A stretch of 64,000 nucleotides of DNA, taken from contig LSRY02000043.1 of NCBI GenBank assembly GCA_001643675.2, positions 682,001-746,000 of the forward strand. Direction: 5' to 3'. A program made the translations under genes and the position numbers. Of this stretch, positions 12,845-24,050 are shown piece by piece; position 1 is the stretch's first letter, and every line of letters begins with the position of its first letter. Source of the stretch: Monocercomonoides exilis PA203. Taxonomy: Eukaryota > Protista > Preaxostyla. The notes beneath the pieces are model-generated. The model did not search any database. It was not told the origin of the DNA and saw nothing but the letters and a program-made list of their open reading frames with translations.

Positions 12845-13250
12845 ATTATTGAGGAGCAAACCTGCTCCTTGCGTTCATAGATTCGCTTTATTGCGAATTG
12901 TGATATATGTGGCAATATTTTTGCAATTATGAAAAAAACTGAGATTTGTTCCAAACTTTTTCGACAATCATATCATTAAAAATCAATTGTAACAATACAC
13001 ATAATTACTGAATAATTCCAAAATTGAAAAAAAATATTTGAAAGAGTAGAATGTAACAAAATTCATTAAGCAAAATATTTTGTCCCATATCTGAATGGAA
13101 TGAAAAGAATGATTTGAACAGCAATAATAAGTGAATTTTCGAAAGCTCATAAAACAAAATAATAGCTTCAATCAATTGTTATTTCAAAAAAAATTTGTTG
13201 TTAGATCTATCGGTGTATTTTGTTGCAATCTGTTATTTTTTATTATTACT

Positions 13251-13604
13251 GTTTGTGCAAAAAATGCCGGACAAGATCGATATCTCAACAACCGCAAGAA
13301 GAAAAATTCTAATAAATTTCCTCAATATACATCTCGTCTACACAAACTCACGTGTCATACCAGACTTTTAAAATCGCCTCATTCGTACTCAGAGAAAATT
13401 ATTTTTTATATTTCGGAGAAATAGGATTTCAAGTTTCTCCGAAGTATAAAAAATAATTTTCTCTGAGTACGAATGAGGCGATTTTAAAAGTCTGGTATGA
13501 CACGTGAGTTTGTGTAGACGAGATGTATATTGAGGAAATTTATTAGAATTTTTCTTCTTGCGGTTGTTGAGATATCGATCTTGTCCGGTATTTTTTGCAC
13601 AAAC
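13251..13604. repeat. near-perfect 354-bp hairpin (171-bp arms, 12-nt spacer)
   Basis: 13251-13421 is the reverse complement of 13434-13604, with no indels and two mismatches seen. Confidence 0.97.
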
Positions 13605-13777
13605 TGTATCATTATTATTATTATTATCACGAAAGAACCAGTTTGAATATAAATTTGTTTTCAAAATGAAATCATGAAATTAAAATAATTTGATATGATA
13701 AATATTCATTCAAATGATGATGAGTGCAAAGTTTTATTCTGTTATGATAGAGGATTTGTTCATTCAAATCAAAACAA

Positions 13778-15166
13778 GGTGATAGTCGATTAGAAGACAC
13801 CCTAAAAAATCGATATGTCAACATTATTTTTGCATCAAATGAAATCTATTATAAATATGAACAATGTCACAACGTGAAAAACAAGGATCTTTTTCTAATT
13901 TAATTATCAAAAATAAACGGAAAAATTTTATATAAAAGGGATAATGATCATTAAAAACAATTGAGAAATTGAGTAAAAGAGGGAGATTTCATCTCATTAT
14001 TAAATGTTTCATAACGAAGAAATTTGCTGGGATTGGTTTAGGTTACAAATTTTATCGGACAAAAAGAAGGAGTGCGAGAAGTGCGGATCAATAACGTATT
14101 TTACAAAGGATTCTGTTCAAGATAGAATTTTTACGTGTCCGAATTGCAAATCAAGAAAAACAGTGTTCGCAGATACACATATGAAAAATTCTAGATTGGG
14201 AATTTCAAAATTATAACTTTAGCTGCTCTTCATATTCATTTGATTAAAAAAAATAAGTATATTTGCATATTTCTTAATGTCAATAAAGACACAGTTTCAT
14301 ATAACATGAATTTATCACGACAAGTGCGAGTTACGGACCTGTGTCGAAATATTGAACAGTTAGGAAAAGATGAAGAGATCGTCGAAATCGATGAAATGCT
14401 GCTCTGACGAAGAAAATATCACCATGGAAGAAGAAAAAAGAAATTTTGGCTTTTTGACATGTTCGAAAAAAAAACTGGAGGAGGTCAAGGAAATTTTATT
14501 ATCATAAGAATTAAGAACAGAAAAAAAGAGCAATTATTACCTTTAATAATGACAAACATAACCACAGGTTCTACAATTTTCTCCGACGAATGGAAGGCTT
14601 GCGCTTCATGAAAATCATTGGGATTCGATCATCACACCGTATGCCATAAATACAGATACAAGACTGAAAAGGGCGTGTGTACAAATACTATTGAATCTGT
14701 ATGGAGTGAATTTCAGAAATTTTTCCCTTCGTGTGGAATACAAAATAGATATATAGACGATAGAATAGCAGAATTTATATCAACAAAAAGAAAATCAATG
14801 GAATTTTCTGAATTTGCGGAGGGCATGTTTTTTTACAAAGAAGTGGAAAATAAAAAAATGGGAACTCCGATCGAATTTAGCGATGAAGAATCCATAGAAT
14901 CTGACGGAGATGATGATTCTTCTTTAACAGCAACAGAAGAAATATCATCAGACAGATCTTCAGATAGTGATCATATTTATGAAAAAGATAAGGAATTCAT
15001 CCCCTGGACAGTTTTTTTATTTTACTCCTTTTCCCACTTCAAACCCTTATGTCAAAACTCAAATGCCACAAAACACATTTATAATTACCAATTTGTTATT
15101 TCTATCAAATAAAAAAAAAAAAAAAAAAATGAATATTTCGGGGTGTCGATCCAACCGACTAATGCC
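13778..15166 (+). mobile_element. Merlin/ISXO2(IS1595)-like DNA transposon relic
   Basis: Broken transposase with Zn ribbon (CEKCG..CPNCK), VEIDE, RRKYHHGR, IFSDEW, HHTVCH and TNTIESVW. Degenerate ~30-bp GG-starting TIRs (13778-13807 / 15136-15166). Imperfect 8-bp TSD caaaacaa/caagacag. Confidence 0.85.
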
Positions 15167-15799
15167 CAAGACAGCAAAAGATTGTTATTTAATTAATGAA
15201 GTTACTCTCTTAGTCTGTTTGAGATAAAGAGATTATATTATAGTTATTTTATTTTTTTAATCATCATCAGAATGCTAATTTATCATGTCATGTTTTTATT
15301 GTTTTATCATTTCATTATGAAACCAAAGAAAAATTGATAAATGTTCTTTCGTGTTTAAATAATAAAAAAAAAATACAGAAAAATTTTTTTTTCGAAATCG
15401 AATCGCTATTTTCGAATTGAAATAATAATGTATTTTTTGTTGTTAATTATGTTTTTTTGAAATAGAATTATTTTCGGAGTACATATCAGATAATTTTTCT
15501 TTAAGAATAAAAGTTATTAAAAAAAAAATAAATCAAATGTTAATAAATGAAACTGATTCTCTTTCAAAAAATCATAGATTTCTTTAAACCAAAAGCAGCA
15601 TCTTGAAATCTTCCTCCTCAACTATTGCTAGAAAATTATCATTTACATCAAATACTCTATTTCATCAGAACAACGATGAAAAATATGAGATCACTTTCGT
15701 TTTTGTTAGCATAAAAAAATAAACCTTTTGAGCAATCATCTTTCAAAATTTAAATGGAAAAATTTAAACATTCAATATCTCTTTCAGGAAAGATACATA

Positions 15800-16614
15800 C
15801 ACCAAAAATAATTCAAAGTCGAAAAACTTTCAATCAAAATCGAAAAACTTTCAACCAAAGTCGAAAAACTTTCAATCGAAATTGAAAATTATTATTCAAA
15901 GTCGGAAAACTTTCATTCAAAGTCGAAAGTTTTCATTCGAAGTCGAAAAAGTTTCATTCAAAGTCGAAAATTATTATTCAAAGTCGAAAAAGTTGCAAAC
16001 GAAATCGAAAAACTTTCAATCGAAATCGAAAATTTCACAAAAAAATAACCGTTTAATAAAAAGTATTCCACAATAGAAAAATAATATTCTTTTGTTTTCG
16101 GAAATATTATCTGCAATGTTTGCGTTGCTGATTTCTGCAAATTTTGAAGATTTCGAACCAAAATTAATTCAAAAATCAACTCAAAACACATCTTAGAACA
16201 TTTGTTTCCTTCAATAAGAAATGAGTTTTTTGATATTAAAAACGCGAAATTAGAGAGCCAAAATTGCGTGCATCATTCTTCATTAATTGAGAAAAAACAT
16301 AAATAAATAAATTTTACAAATCTTTTGAAAAGCAGCGTTCTTTCAATTGAAATAAGATCAAAATGTGTCAGTATTTCTCTCATATTTATAAAATTTGTAA
16401 TTGAATAAAAGAAAGCAAAGAAAAATATCGGAAAAAACATGAAAAATCATTAAAATAACAAATATCATTGTTATTTTAACAATCACTATGTTTTTTTGAC
16501 TTTTATTGATTTTTGTCATCGTTTTGAAAATTTGAAGTTTTTCGAACTTTCGATTTTGCTTGAAAGTTTTTCGATTTCGATTGAAAGTTTTTCGATTTTG
16601 AATAATTTTTGGTG
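15800..16614. mobile_element. non-autonomous fold-back/MITE element with TIRs built of ~21-bp tandem subrepeats, TA flanks
   Basis: TA|CACCAAAAATAATTCAAAGTCGAAAAACTTTC... at 15798 and its reverse complement ...GAATAATTTTTGGTG|TA ending at 16616. Subrepeat caaagtcgaaaaactttcaat is arrayed at 15813-16040 and inverted at 16535-16600. Confidence 0.82.
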
Positions 16615-16720
16615 TAATAATATATCACAAGAAAGAAAACAGAAAAAATAGTAGAAATATCACTTCTTTTAGTAACTGCATTTATAAAAAAGTTTCAAAC
16701 ATAAACCACTTTCCGCCTTT

Positions 16721-18775
16721 CTATTTCATAGGGACAATGGGGTGAGCAATCATTTTTGGCTTTGGATGGGCAACATTTGCTGCATCTCTTGCGTTTCCAG
16801 CATAAGGATTTGCTTTGGGAACGACTTTTGGAGCAACTTTTGGAGCAACTTTTGGAGCAACTTTTGGAGCAACTTTCGGAATCACTTTTGGAGCTGCCTT
16901 TGGAGCCACCTTTGGAGCAACAATTCGAATGCCTTTAGGCTTAGCTTTTGGAACAGGATGAGCATGATTTTCTAATTGTGGGGCTCCAATGTTGCGTATC
17001 GCAAGCCTCGCAGGCCGAGGGCCGTGGTCAAGCACACCCGGCGCGCGGCGTGCGGCTTTCGGCACTGCGCGATTTATCAAACGCCTCGGAGGAGCTCTTT
17101 TTTGCGGCCGAACAATCATTTCGCGTATGGCGGCAGGGAGAAACCTCGCATCGACGTGATCCGCGCCGTAATATCGCTGAGTAGTGTGCAGAGGAACAAG
17201 CGCAGCTTCGTCCATCAAATTCAGTTTCACTCCGGAGTAATTCGGATGGGCAGCACGCCATTCCGCTTCAGCTTCGTTCCTTGCTTGCTTCACACGCTCG
17301 GCATCGGCTGCGGCGCTGTCTTCCCATAGATAACACACATTAACTTTTTTCTTTTTCAATTTATCTGCTTTACGATTTGCAGCGGCATTTTCGATTTCTC
17401 CATCTCGTATTTCTTCATCATCATCGTCATCTTCTTCTTCTGACTCTTCGTCATCGTCATCGTCATCATCATCATTCGGGGCTGTTTTAAAATGATCATA
17501 TGGATTTTCTTTTGGCAGAGCCTTTCTGCAGACATAGCACATTTTCTGCCCACACATGCAAGTCAGCATATTGCACCCTTCCTGCTTGAAAATAGGTGCT
17601 CTGCAGCGCGGATTGGCACAATGGCGGATAAGAGCATCTGTCATCCGCTTTTCCACGAATTTTCTCAGATCTTCTTCTCCTTCCATCAGCATTTTGCGGC
17701 AAGGATTGGGCAGATGCGACTCCTCTCTGCATTTCCGGCACGAAACCTTTCCGCAGCGCGGGTTGAGGCAGCGCAGTTCGACGTCATTGGGATCGTCCAT
17801 CTCCATGAAAAACGAGCAGAACGGACATTCAACGATGTTTGGGAGGAGCTGTGGGTCGCTCACCAAGTGCGATGCTCTTAATGTGTCAAGTTGGTACATC
17901 TCATCCTTTGTCAAAAGAGACAATAAAAATGATTCCGTATAAATACCTTCACAGTCATTTTCTCCAATGCATCCAATTTTCACCGTTCCGACTTTTAAAC
18001 CTGCAATAATATTCTCATGAACGCAATCCCCACAAACAAGATGCCCTTCTGTGCATTGAACGAGTTCATCAATGGCCTTCTCTGAATAGCATATTGGGCA
18101 TTCCATTAAGCTTCCTCCACACAATTCATATTCTTTTCTTTGTTTTTCGTGCATCACATGTTGCATATGATCTCTTTGAACAAAAAACGATTCTTCCTCA
18201 AATTCATCATCGTCAAAAGTGCCTAATGTATCTTCTCGAGGAAATGTTAATTCTTCATATTCGGACCCCTCAAATCTTACAATTCCATTATCAATTGATA
18301 AATTTTCATCCAAATATCGAACACAAGGAGTTAGATGAAAATTGAACCTTCTAAGAACTTTCATAAGAAGGTCAAGAGGAACAGTGGAAAATAAAATGGA
18401 TGTCAGCTTATATGACAGTTGCATGTATTTTCGTGAAACAGCACTATCATATTTTGAATAATCTTTTTTTGGTTTTCTCTCGCTTTTTTGTAAAAACAAA
18501 GCTTGTGGTTTTTGCTTTGGATATGATCCCTTCATGTCAATAAGTTCCATAATCAATTGCTGAATATAATCCAAATTGCTTGCATTTAAGATAACCTTTT
18601 CGCTGACATAAGCTTCGTTTATTCCAGGAAACATGCTTTTTATTAACGAAACAGTTTCACTAATTTCCATTGGTTTTATTTGAATATCCACCGGTTGAGG
18701 TGGAGGCTGATTATCATTTAATGAGAGAGTTATTGCATGCTTTAACTCTTCATCCTCTTCAATATCTTCCGCCAT
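16721..18775 (-). CDS. RBR (RING-IBR-RING) E3 ubiquitin ligase, RNF216/TRIAD3-like
   Basis: UIM-like EDEELKHAITLSL, CUE-like segment, CPICY..CTEGHLVCGDC, CPFC..CLNPRC..CRKC..H, and catalytic EGCNMLTCMCG. First ATG at 18775. Confidence 0.92.
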   Translation of the reverse strand: MAEDIEEDEELKHAITLSLNDNQPPPQPVDIQIKPMEISETVSLIKSMFPGINEAYVSEKVILNASNLDYIQQLIMELIDMKGSYPKQKPQALFLQKSERKPKKDYSKYDSAVSRKYMQLSYKLTSILFSTVPLDLLMKVLRRFNFHLTPCVRYLDENLSIDNGIVRFEGSEYEELTFPREDTLGTFDDDEFEEESFFVQRDHMQHVMHEKQRKEYELCGGSLMECPICYSEKAIDELVQCTEGHLVCGDCVHENIIAGLKVGTVKIGCIGENDCEGIYTESFLLSLLTKDEMYQLDTLRASHLVSDPQLLPNIVECPFCSFFMEMDDPNDVELRCLNPRCGKVSCRKCREESHLPNPCRKMLMEGEEDLRKFVEKRMTDALIRHCANPRCRAPIFKQEGCNMLTCMCGQKMCYVCRKALPKENPYDHFKTAPNDDDDDDDDEESEEEDDDDDEEIRDGEIENAAANRKADKLKKKKVNVCYLWEDSAAADAERVKQARNEAEAEWRAAHPNYSGVKLNLMDEAALVPLHTTQRYYGADHVDARFLPAAIREMIVRPQKRAPPRRLINRAVPKAARRAPGVLDHGPRPARLAIRNIGAPQLENHAHPVPKAKPKGIRIVAPKVAPKAAPKVIPKVAPKVAPKVAPKVAPKVVPKANPYAGNARDAANVAHPKPKMIAHPIVPMK
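16812..16920 (-). repeat. 12-bp coding tandem repeat (PKVA)n
   Basis: ttttggagcaac units, about 9 copies with variants. Confidence 0.9.
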
Positions 18776-19077
18776 TAATAATTTAACTCCAAAAATAAAA
18801 AATAATGGATAGATCACTTATGCTTTGGTGATAAAAAATGTTATTTTTTTATCAAAAAAAGAATTGAAATTTCACACACACAAAAAAAAATTTAACAAAA
18901 TTTAAAAAAATTCAAGCAAGAGTTTTCTGCATATCAAAATTTGCATTTAACCTTTTTACACATGAAGTAAATTATTCAAACACTTCTTGAATCTTAACTG
19001 AGCTTTTCATTTTGTCTCTAACAGAGAAGGAAGCTGGAAATTATCTTATCCAAAATATAACAAAACCAAATTCAATT

Positions 19078-19542
19078 TCATGTGCTTTCCTTTTTTATTT
19101 GTTTTTCTTCTGGTAATTGTTCAATTTTTCTCTCTTCATTTTTAACTTCAGTATTATCGATTTCTTCTTTTTCTTGTTCCTCATCTTCTCCTTGAACAAT
19201 TGTGTAAAGCTCTTGCACAATATCATTTATGTCATCTTCAGAAAATCTTGTAAGGTCTGATGAAATTATTGGTATGAATTCTTCATGAGAAATTGGCAAA
19301 GTATTATATATCTGTAATTTTTCCTCTTCACTGAAAGGATATTTTTCGATAAGATTTTGTATAGAATCAATCCACGCTTTTTGGCACTGAAGAATTGGAG
19401 TTTGTCCAAGATATTCCACGAATTGCCATTCGAATTGAGTCAATTTTCTCATAGAGTTAAGCTGGTTAAATACAAGAACAGATTCATAGTTTGTGAGATG
19501 GTGTGGCTTTGACGTGTCTTCGGTCTCTGAAGGATTAGACAT
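19078..19542 (-). CDS. RNA polymerase Rpb4-family subunit, most like Pol III RPC17/RPC9
   Basis: LTNYE N-terminal motif and an HRDC-like FSEEEKLQIYNTLP...RFSEDDINDI segment. ATG at 19542. Confidence 0.75.
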   Translation of the reverse strand: MSNPSETEDTSKPHHLTNYESVLVFNQLNSMRKLTQFEWQFVEYLGQTPILQCQKAWIDSIQNLIEKYPFSEEEKLQIYNTLPISHEEFIPIISSDLTRFSEDDINDIVQELYTIVQGEDEEQEKEEIDNTEVKNEERKIEQLPEEKQIKKEST

Positions 19543-19623
19543 CAAAAAACAACAAATATAAATATAAATAAAAGGTCTGATCATGGACTTTGTTGTTTTT
19601 TCAAAAAATAAAATATAACTTGC

Positions 19624-21327
19624 ATGTCAGAGGAACAAGAAGATGAAATTGAAATTGAAATAGATGAATCTGATAGAAGATGCAATGTATATTTTTCTAA
19701 TGCAACAAAGGAGATGACTGAAGAAAATTATCGAGAATTTTTTGGATATTTTGGAGAAATAATTTCAATGACTTTATCAACGTTTGTTTTTCTTTCTTAG
19801 TCATAAAATTTATTTTGTGAGCAGAGATCCTTCTAACGAAAAAACATACCATGGCTTTTTAGAATATAAAGAATTAAAAGGAGCTCAAAAAGCTGCATCA
19901 ATCGATGGCACTGTTTTGAATGGAATTCCTATATCAATTAAAAGATATGGTCCAAAAATTTTAATTGATTCAAAGCTTGAATGTGAATCAGAAAGTTCGC
20001 AAAATCCAACAATTAAAGATTCTGATTTTACTCTTAAAACTATTGTCATTGAAAATCTTCATCCATCTGTTTGCATGTTACTTGTTTTTTTGTTAAAGAA
20101 TCCATTATTTTATAACAGATATCAATGGATCAAGTTCTTCTCATCTTTTCTCCATTTGGTCAAATTCTTAAAAGTGAGATTTTTAAAGTGTTTTCAAATC
20201 AACGATTCACAGATAACTTACAGTGTACAAGTGAAAATGAGATATCGCATCCACATGCAGAGTTGGAGAGTAATTCAAAGGGCGAATCAACAAAATCGGA
20301 AAACTTAATCGAGTCATTTTGCGGGTGTGAATCAAAAGTTGCATTGATTGAATATCGCCTTTCTTCATCAGCACACGGAGCCCTTTGCTTAAACGGAACA
20401 CCGTTTGCCCTTTTCCCTATGCGAATTGCTTTATTACGCAATTGGATCTCGTCTGAAGCTGAAGCTGAAGATGATGAATTTACAAATGAAGGATCTGAAG
20501 ACTCTGCTTCACATGTGAAAAACAATTCTTCCAACAAAGCAAGTGAAGCCAGTCGTCTTTTATCAAAAACAGAAGAAAACAATAAAATTACTGTTAAAGA
20601 AGAGAAAAAAATTGAAACAAATAGAGAAAACGAGGATCAAGATGAACATACTGCAAAATCGATGCAGAATATCACAGAAAAAGGAAAAGAACACTCGGAA
20701 AATGCACGAGCATCAAGCTTTCTTCCTTTTGAGCCGCACTGCAGCGACGTGGATTTGGAAGCAGCGAAGTTGATGAGTAAAGTGAAATGTGCCTTGCGCT
20801 TAAATGAGATTCGACACAGAATCAAAGAGGCAGAGCTTCTTCTACAGAAAAGCCAGCTGCGAATGGAATTAGTAGTTGCAGAAGAAGAGATAAGAAAAAG
20901 AGAAAGAAGTGTTATGCTTTTGAAACAGAGGGTGGTTAATGAAGAGAGGCTTATGGAGACAAAGAAAAGGGAGATTGAGAGAAAGAAAAGAGAGGAAGAG
21001 AGGCAAAAAATTGAAGAAGAAAGGAAAAAAAGATTGGAAGAAAAGAGAAAATTAGAAGAGGAGAAAAAGAAGAAAGAAAAAGAAGAAACCGCAGAGGAAA
21101 AGGACAAGAGGATTGCTGCAGAGCGAGAAGAACGAGAAAGAAAAAGAAAAGAAAGAAAAGAAGCGTTAAGCCAAGCGGAAAAGAAGGTTAATTCTTTATC
21201 ACAATCTTCAAGTGTATCCTCAAAAAATAATACAAATAAAAAAGAGGAAAGCGGAAAGCTTCTGGACAAAATTGCCGAACGTAAAAAGCGATTTGAAACA
21301 GAGTCCATTTTAAAGAAAACAACTTAA
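19624..21327 (+). CDS. two-RRM RNA-binding protein with C-terminal charged coiled coil; introns 19782-19824 and 20069-20118
   Basis: Removing two GT-AG introns joins VYFSN..FGYFGEI / HGFLEY..IDGTVLNG (RRM1) and IVIENL / FSPFGQI..ALIEY..LNGT (RRM2) in frame. E/K/R-rich tail. Confidence 0.85.
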
Positions 21328-21713
21328 GCATTTCACTATTCAACATTTGAGATTCATCACTTCAAATAGTTTGTAATCTTCTAAACTTCATTTCATTTTG
21401 CTTTTCTTTTTGTTCAAGCTTTTTATGAAAAATGAAAAAAATGATGCAAAAAGAAAAAATTTTAGCACTTGTAACTTTTTGTACGATGTATTAAAGATAT
21501 TTGTATTTTCTCATCATTAACTTTCTTTCTTTTTTTTTTAATTTTATTTTCATTTTTTAATTCTTTTCGTTCTTGTTTTGATTAAAATTGTTTTCTCAAA
21601 TGGAAATTCAAAACGAGGAATAAAACACGATATGGCTGATCCTTTTTGAAATCTTTCTTTCGTTCGAGTTTTGATCATAATTTTAAACTCAGTGGGATTT
21701 TCGAAAAAAAGTT

Positions 21714-21961
21714 ATATGGGTTATTCTTTTTGAAAAGTCGCAAATGTTGAATTTTCAAATTAATCAAAAATTTCATATTTTGCTAAATATTTTGTTAACA
21801 AATATCAAACTTCACTTAAATGGAATCTATTTCTTGATAATGCTATTTCAAACATTCTTGAGAAGATTTGTGAGCTGAAACAGAAATGTGAGCAAAATAT
21901 GAAATTTTTGATTAATTTGAAAATTAAACATTTGCGACTTTTCAAAAAAAATCAGCCATAT
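21714..21961. repeat. ~240-bp fold-back family copy A (left end of DD35D element 2)
   Basis: 21714-21784 pairs with 21891-21961 with few mismatches. Begins tgggttattctttttgaaaagtcgcaaat. Confidence 0.9.
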
Positions 21962-22109
21962 TTGGATATAAATTGGTAAAGTGAGTTTTGTCAGTTTTTT
22001 AAAAAGTGTCATATTTTTATTTGCACACATTTTTTTATAAGTACCAAATTTTTTCGAAATGAAATAATCCAAAAAAAGTTATTATTATAAAACAAAACTT
22101 GAATCAAAT

Positions 22110-22245
22110 ATGCGAATGTTTTTTCCTTCACCTTTTCGCTTCTCAATTTCATCAGGTGAACCATTTCCAATATCGTTTTCATCGAGAGCAATTTTGAACT
22201 TTCTTTTCTCTTCTTTTCTTTCTTTCTTTCTTTTTTTCCTTCCTT

Positions 22246-22277
<32 letters not shown>

Positions 22278-23750
22278 GTAAATATATATGCAATTCATTG
22301 TTCCTTTATTTTCTTTATCCGAACTGTTTCATTTATTTTTTTTTCCATTTTTATTTTCTTTTTCAAACTATCATCCCACTCATTTAACACCTTTTCTTCT
22401 GTTATTTCTTTGCCGTTGAAGTCAAATCGATTTTTATGAGAAGGAAAAGGATAAGTCGATGATAGAAAAAGCTTCATCAGAACTGGCCCAGACGAGTCTT
22501 TCAGCACACTGCTGCATTTGGATGCTCGTTTTTTGACAGAATGTGATAACTCCGAATGAATTGATTGATAAAGAGCTTCCACCAGAGCTGTTCTCTTCGC
22601 AGCTGAAGACGACGAAAAAGGTGCTTCGAACTGTGAACTCATCTCAGACTTCAGGACAGCAAACACTCCTCGGTCAAATGGCTGGCGGATGCATGTGCTT
22701 TGAGTGACGGTTATCACAACATCCACATTTTCTTTTTTGAATTCTCTCCAGATTGTTGGTTCTGCTCGAGAAACAAGGGAGTTGGTTGAAAGCAAGGAGA
22801 GTTATTCGTCGAGTTTCATGAGTTGCCTTCTTTCTTTGATCGAAGGGAGAAGAATTGAAAGTGCACACTTCCTAAACGTTGAAGATTTCATCCATTCGCA
22901 TTTGTTCGGTTAAATCTCAAGATTTGAAGACTGAAGAGGCTTCAAGTCATCAGGAAGTTTGAGACTCGGGCACAGAATCACTGAAGAAAGTGATTGTCCA
23001 TCAGCTGCAACCGCCGCAATCAGTGTAGAATTCGTGATTCTCTCAATAGATTAAGCGAAGCTGGATTTTGAATTTGATAGATGAACAACATTTCGATAGG
23101 AGCTATCGGGAACTCTGAGTGATGACTCGTCCACATTAAATATCAGTGCATTGATGTTATTTTTTGTTCGATGAAATCCATTGAGAATATCATCCCAGGG
23201 CTTTGAAACTTGTTGGCATGATACCAAAAGCCTGTTCTCGTCAACAATTTTCGGTTTTGATGTCTTCAGCTCTGGATGTCGTTTGATGAAATCGTAGGCA
23301 ACTGACGCAGAAATTTTAACATCTGGCTTGTTTTCTGGTTGACAAGCATAAACAATGTTTTTGATCCGTTTGATATTAATTAATACATTTCAAAGAATAT
23401 TTATGCAAACCAGTTCACGCATTTTCTTGATGGTTAAGCTTGCTCCAGACAGTGATTCAATTTTTGTTTCGTCCAGCACTGTTTGCTCTTTTTCGCCAAT
23501 TTCCACAGCAGGTCTTCCAATTTTTGAAACAAGTCTGCCTTGCCGAACAGCCTTCACAGCACGCATGATTCGAAATTTGTTGAATTTTTTGCTGTTGTTT
23601 GCATCCACCATGCGCACGGCCCCATCATTAACTATATGCGCCATTCGCTCCAGCGGATTCCGAAATAATTGATATTTGAACGACAGCATCTCCCCCCCGC
23701 AGCTTCATCTGACCCGCAGTAGATTTCCTTGCAACTTCCTTTTTCATTTT
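22110..23750 (-). pseudogene. pogo/Fot1-like DDE_1 transposase, copy 2, degenerate
   Basis: Fragments PLERMA..IGRP, FIKRHPELK, FNVDES and QPFDRGVFAVLK are homologous to copy 1. Multiple frameshifts and stops. Boundaries approximate. Confidence 0.88.
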
Positions 23751-24050
23751 TAATTTTTGGGTTATTATCATTGAGCCAGTTAATAAATTTTATTATCGCA
23801 AATTTCAATTTTCATTGAAATTTAATTTTTTTATCATTAAATGCATATTTTTTTGAATTTCATACATTAGAACCAACCTGTAACTGAAAAAACTTCAACG
23901 GGAGGCTTTAAACCCCCTTATTTCCCCTCCCCCTATAAGAAACAGGTTCTACATTTAAATGCATTTATTCAGTTGATAATATTTTTCTAATATACCTAAA
24001 AACTATTAATTAATCGAAATGTGGGTAGTTAAATAACTGATTTTAAAAAA

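Larger units (their letters stand above)
6859..12900 (-). mobile_element. DIRS-type tyrosine-recombinase retrotransposon, full length (6042 bp)
   Basis: gag-like, RT/RNaseH/MT-like and YR ORFs. Imperfect ITRs at 6899-6942 and 12802-12844. ICR at 7514-7607 is complementary to both outer termini. TTG trinucleotide at both ends. GC-richer than the flanks. Confidence 0.96.

Noticed and set aside
6859-12900. LTR retrotransposon or diversity-generating retroelement interpretation
   Set aside because: No direct LTRs, DDE integrase or template/variable repeat pair; YR plus ITR plus ICR define a DIRS element.
13131-13664. Two similar small ORFs on opposite strands
   Set aside because: By-product of the 354-bp hairpin; no protein features.
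15813-16040. CRISPR-like repeat array
   Set aside because: The units are contiguous degenerate tandem repeats without unique spacers, there are no cas genes, the context is eukaryotic, and the array is explained as TIR subrepeats.
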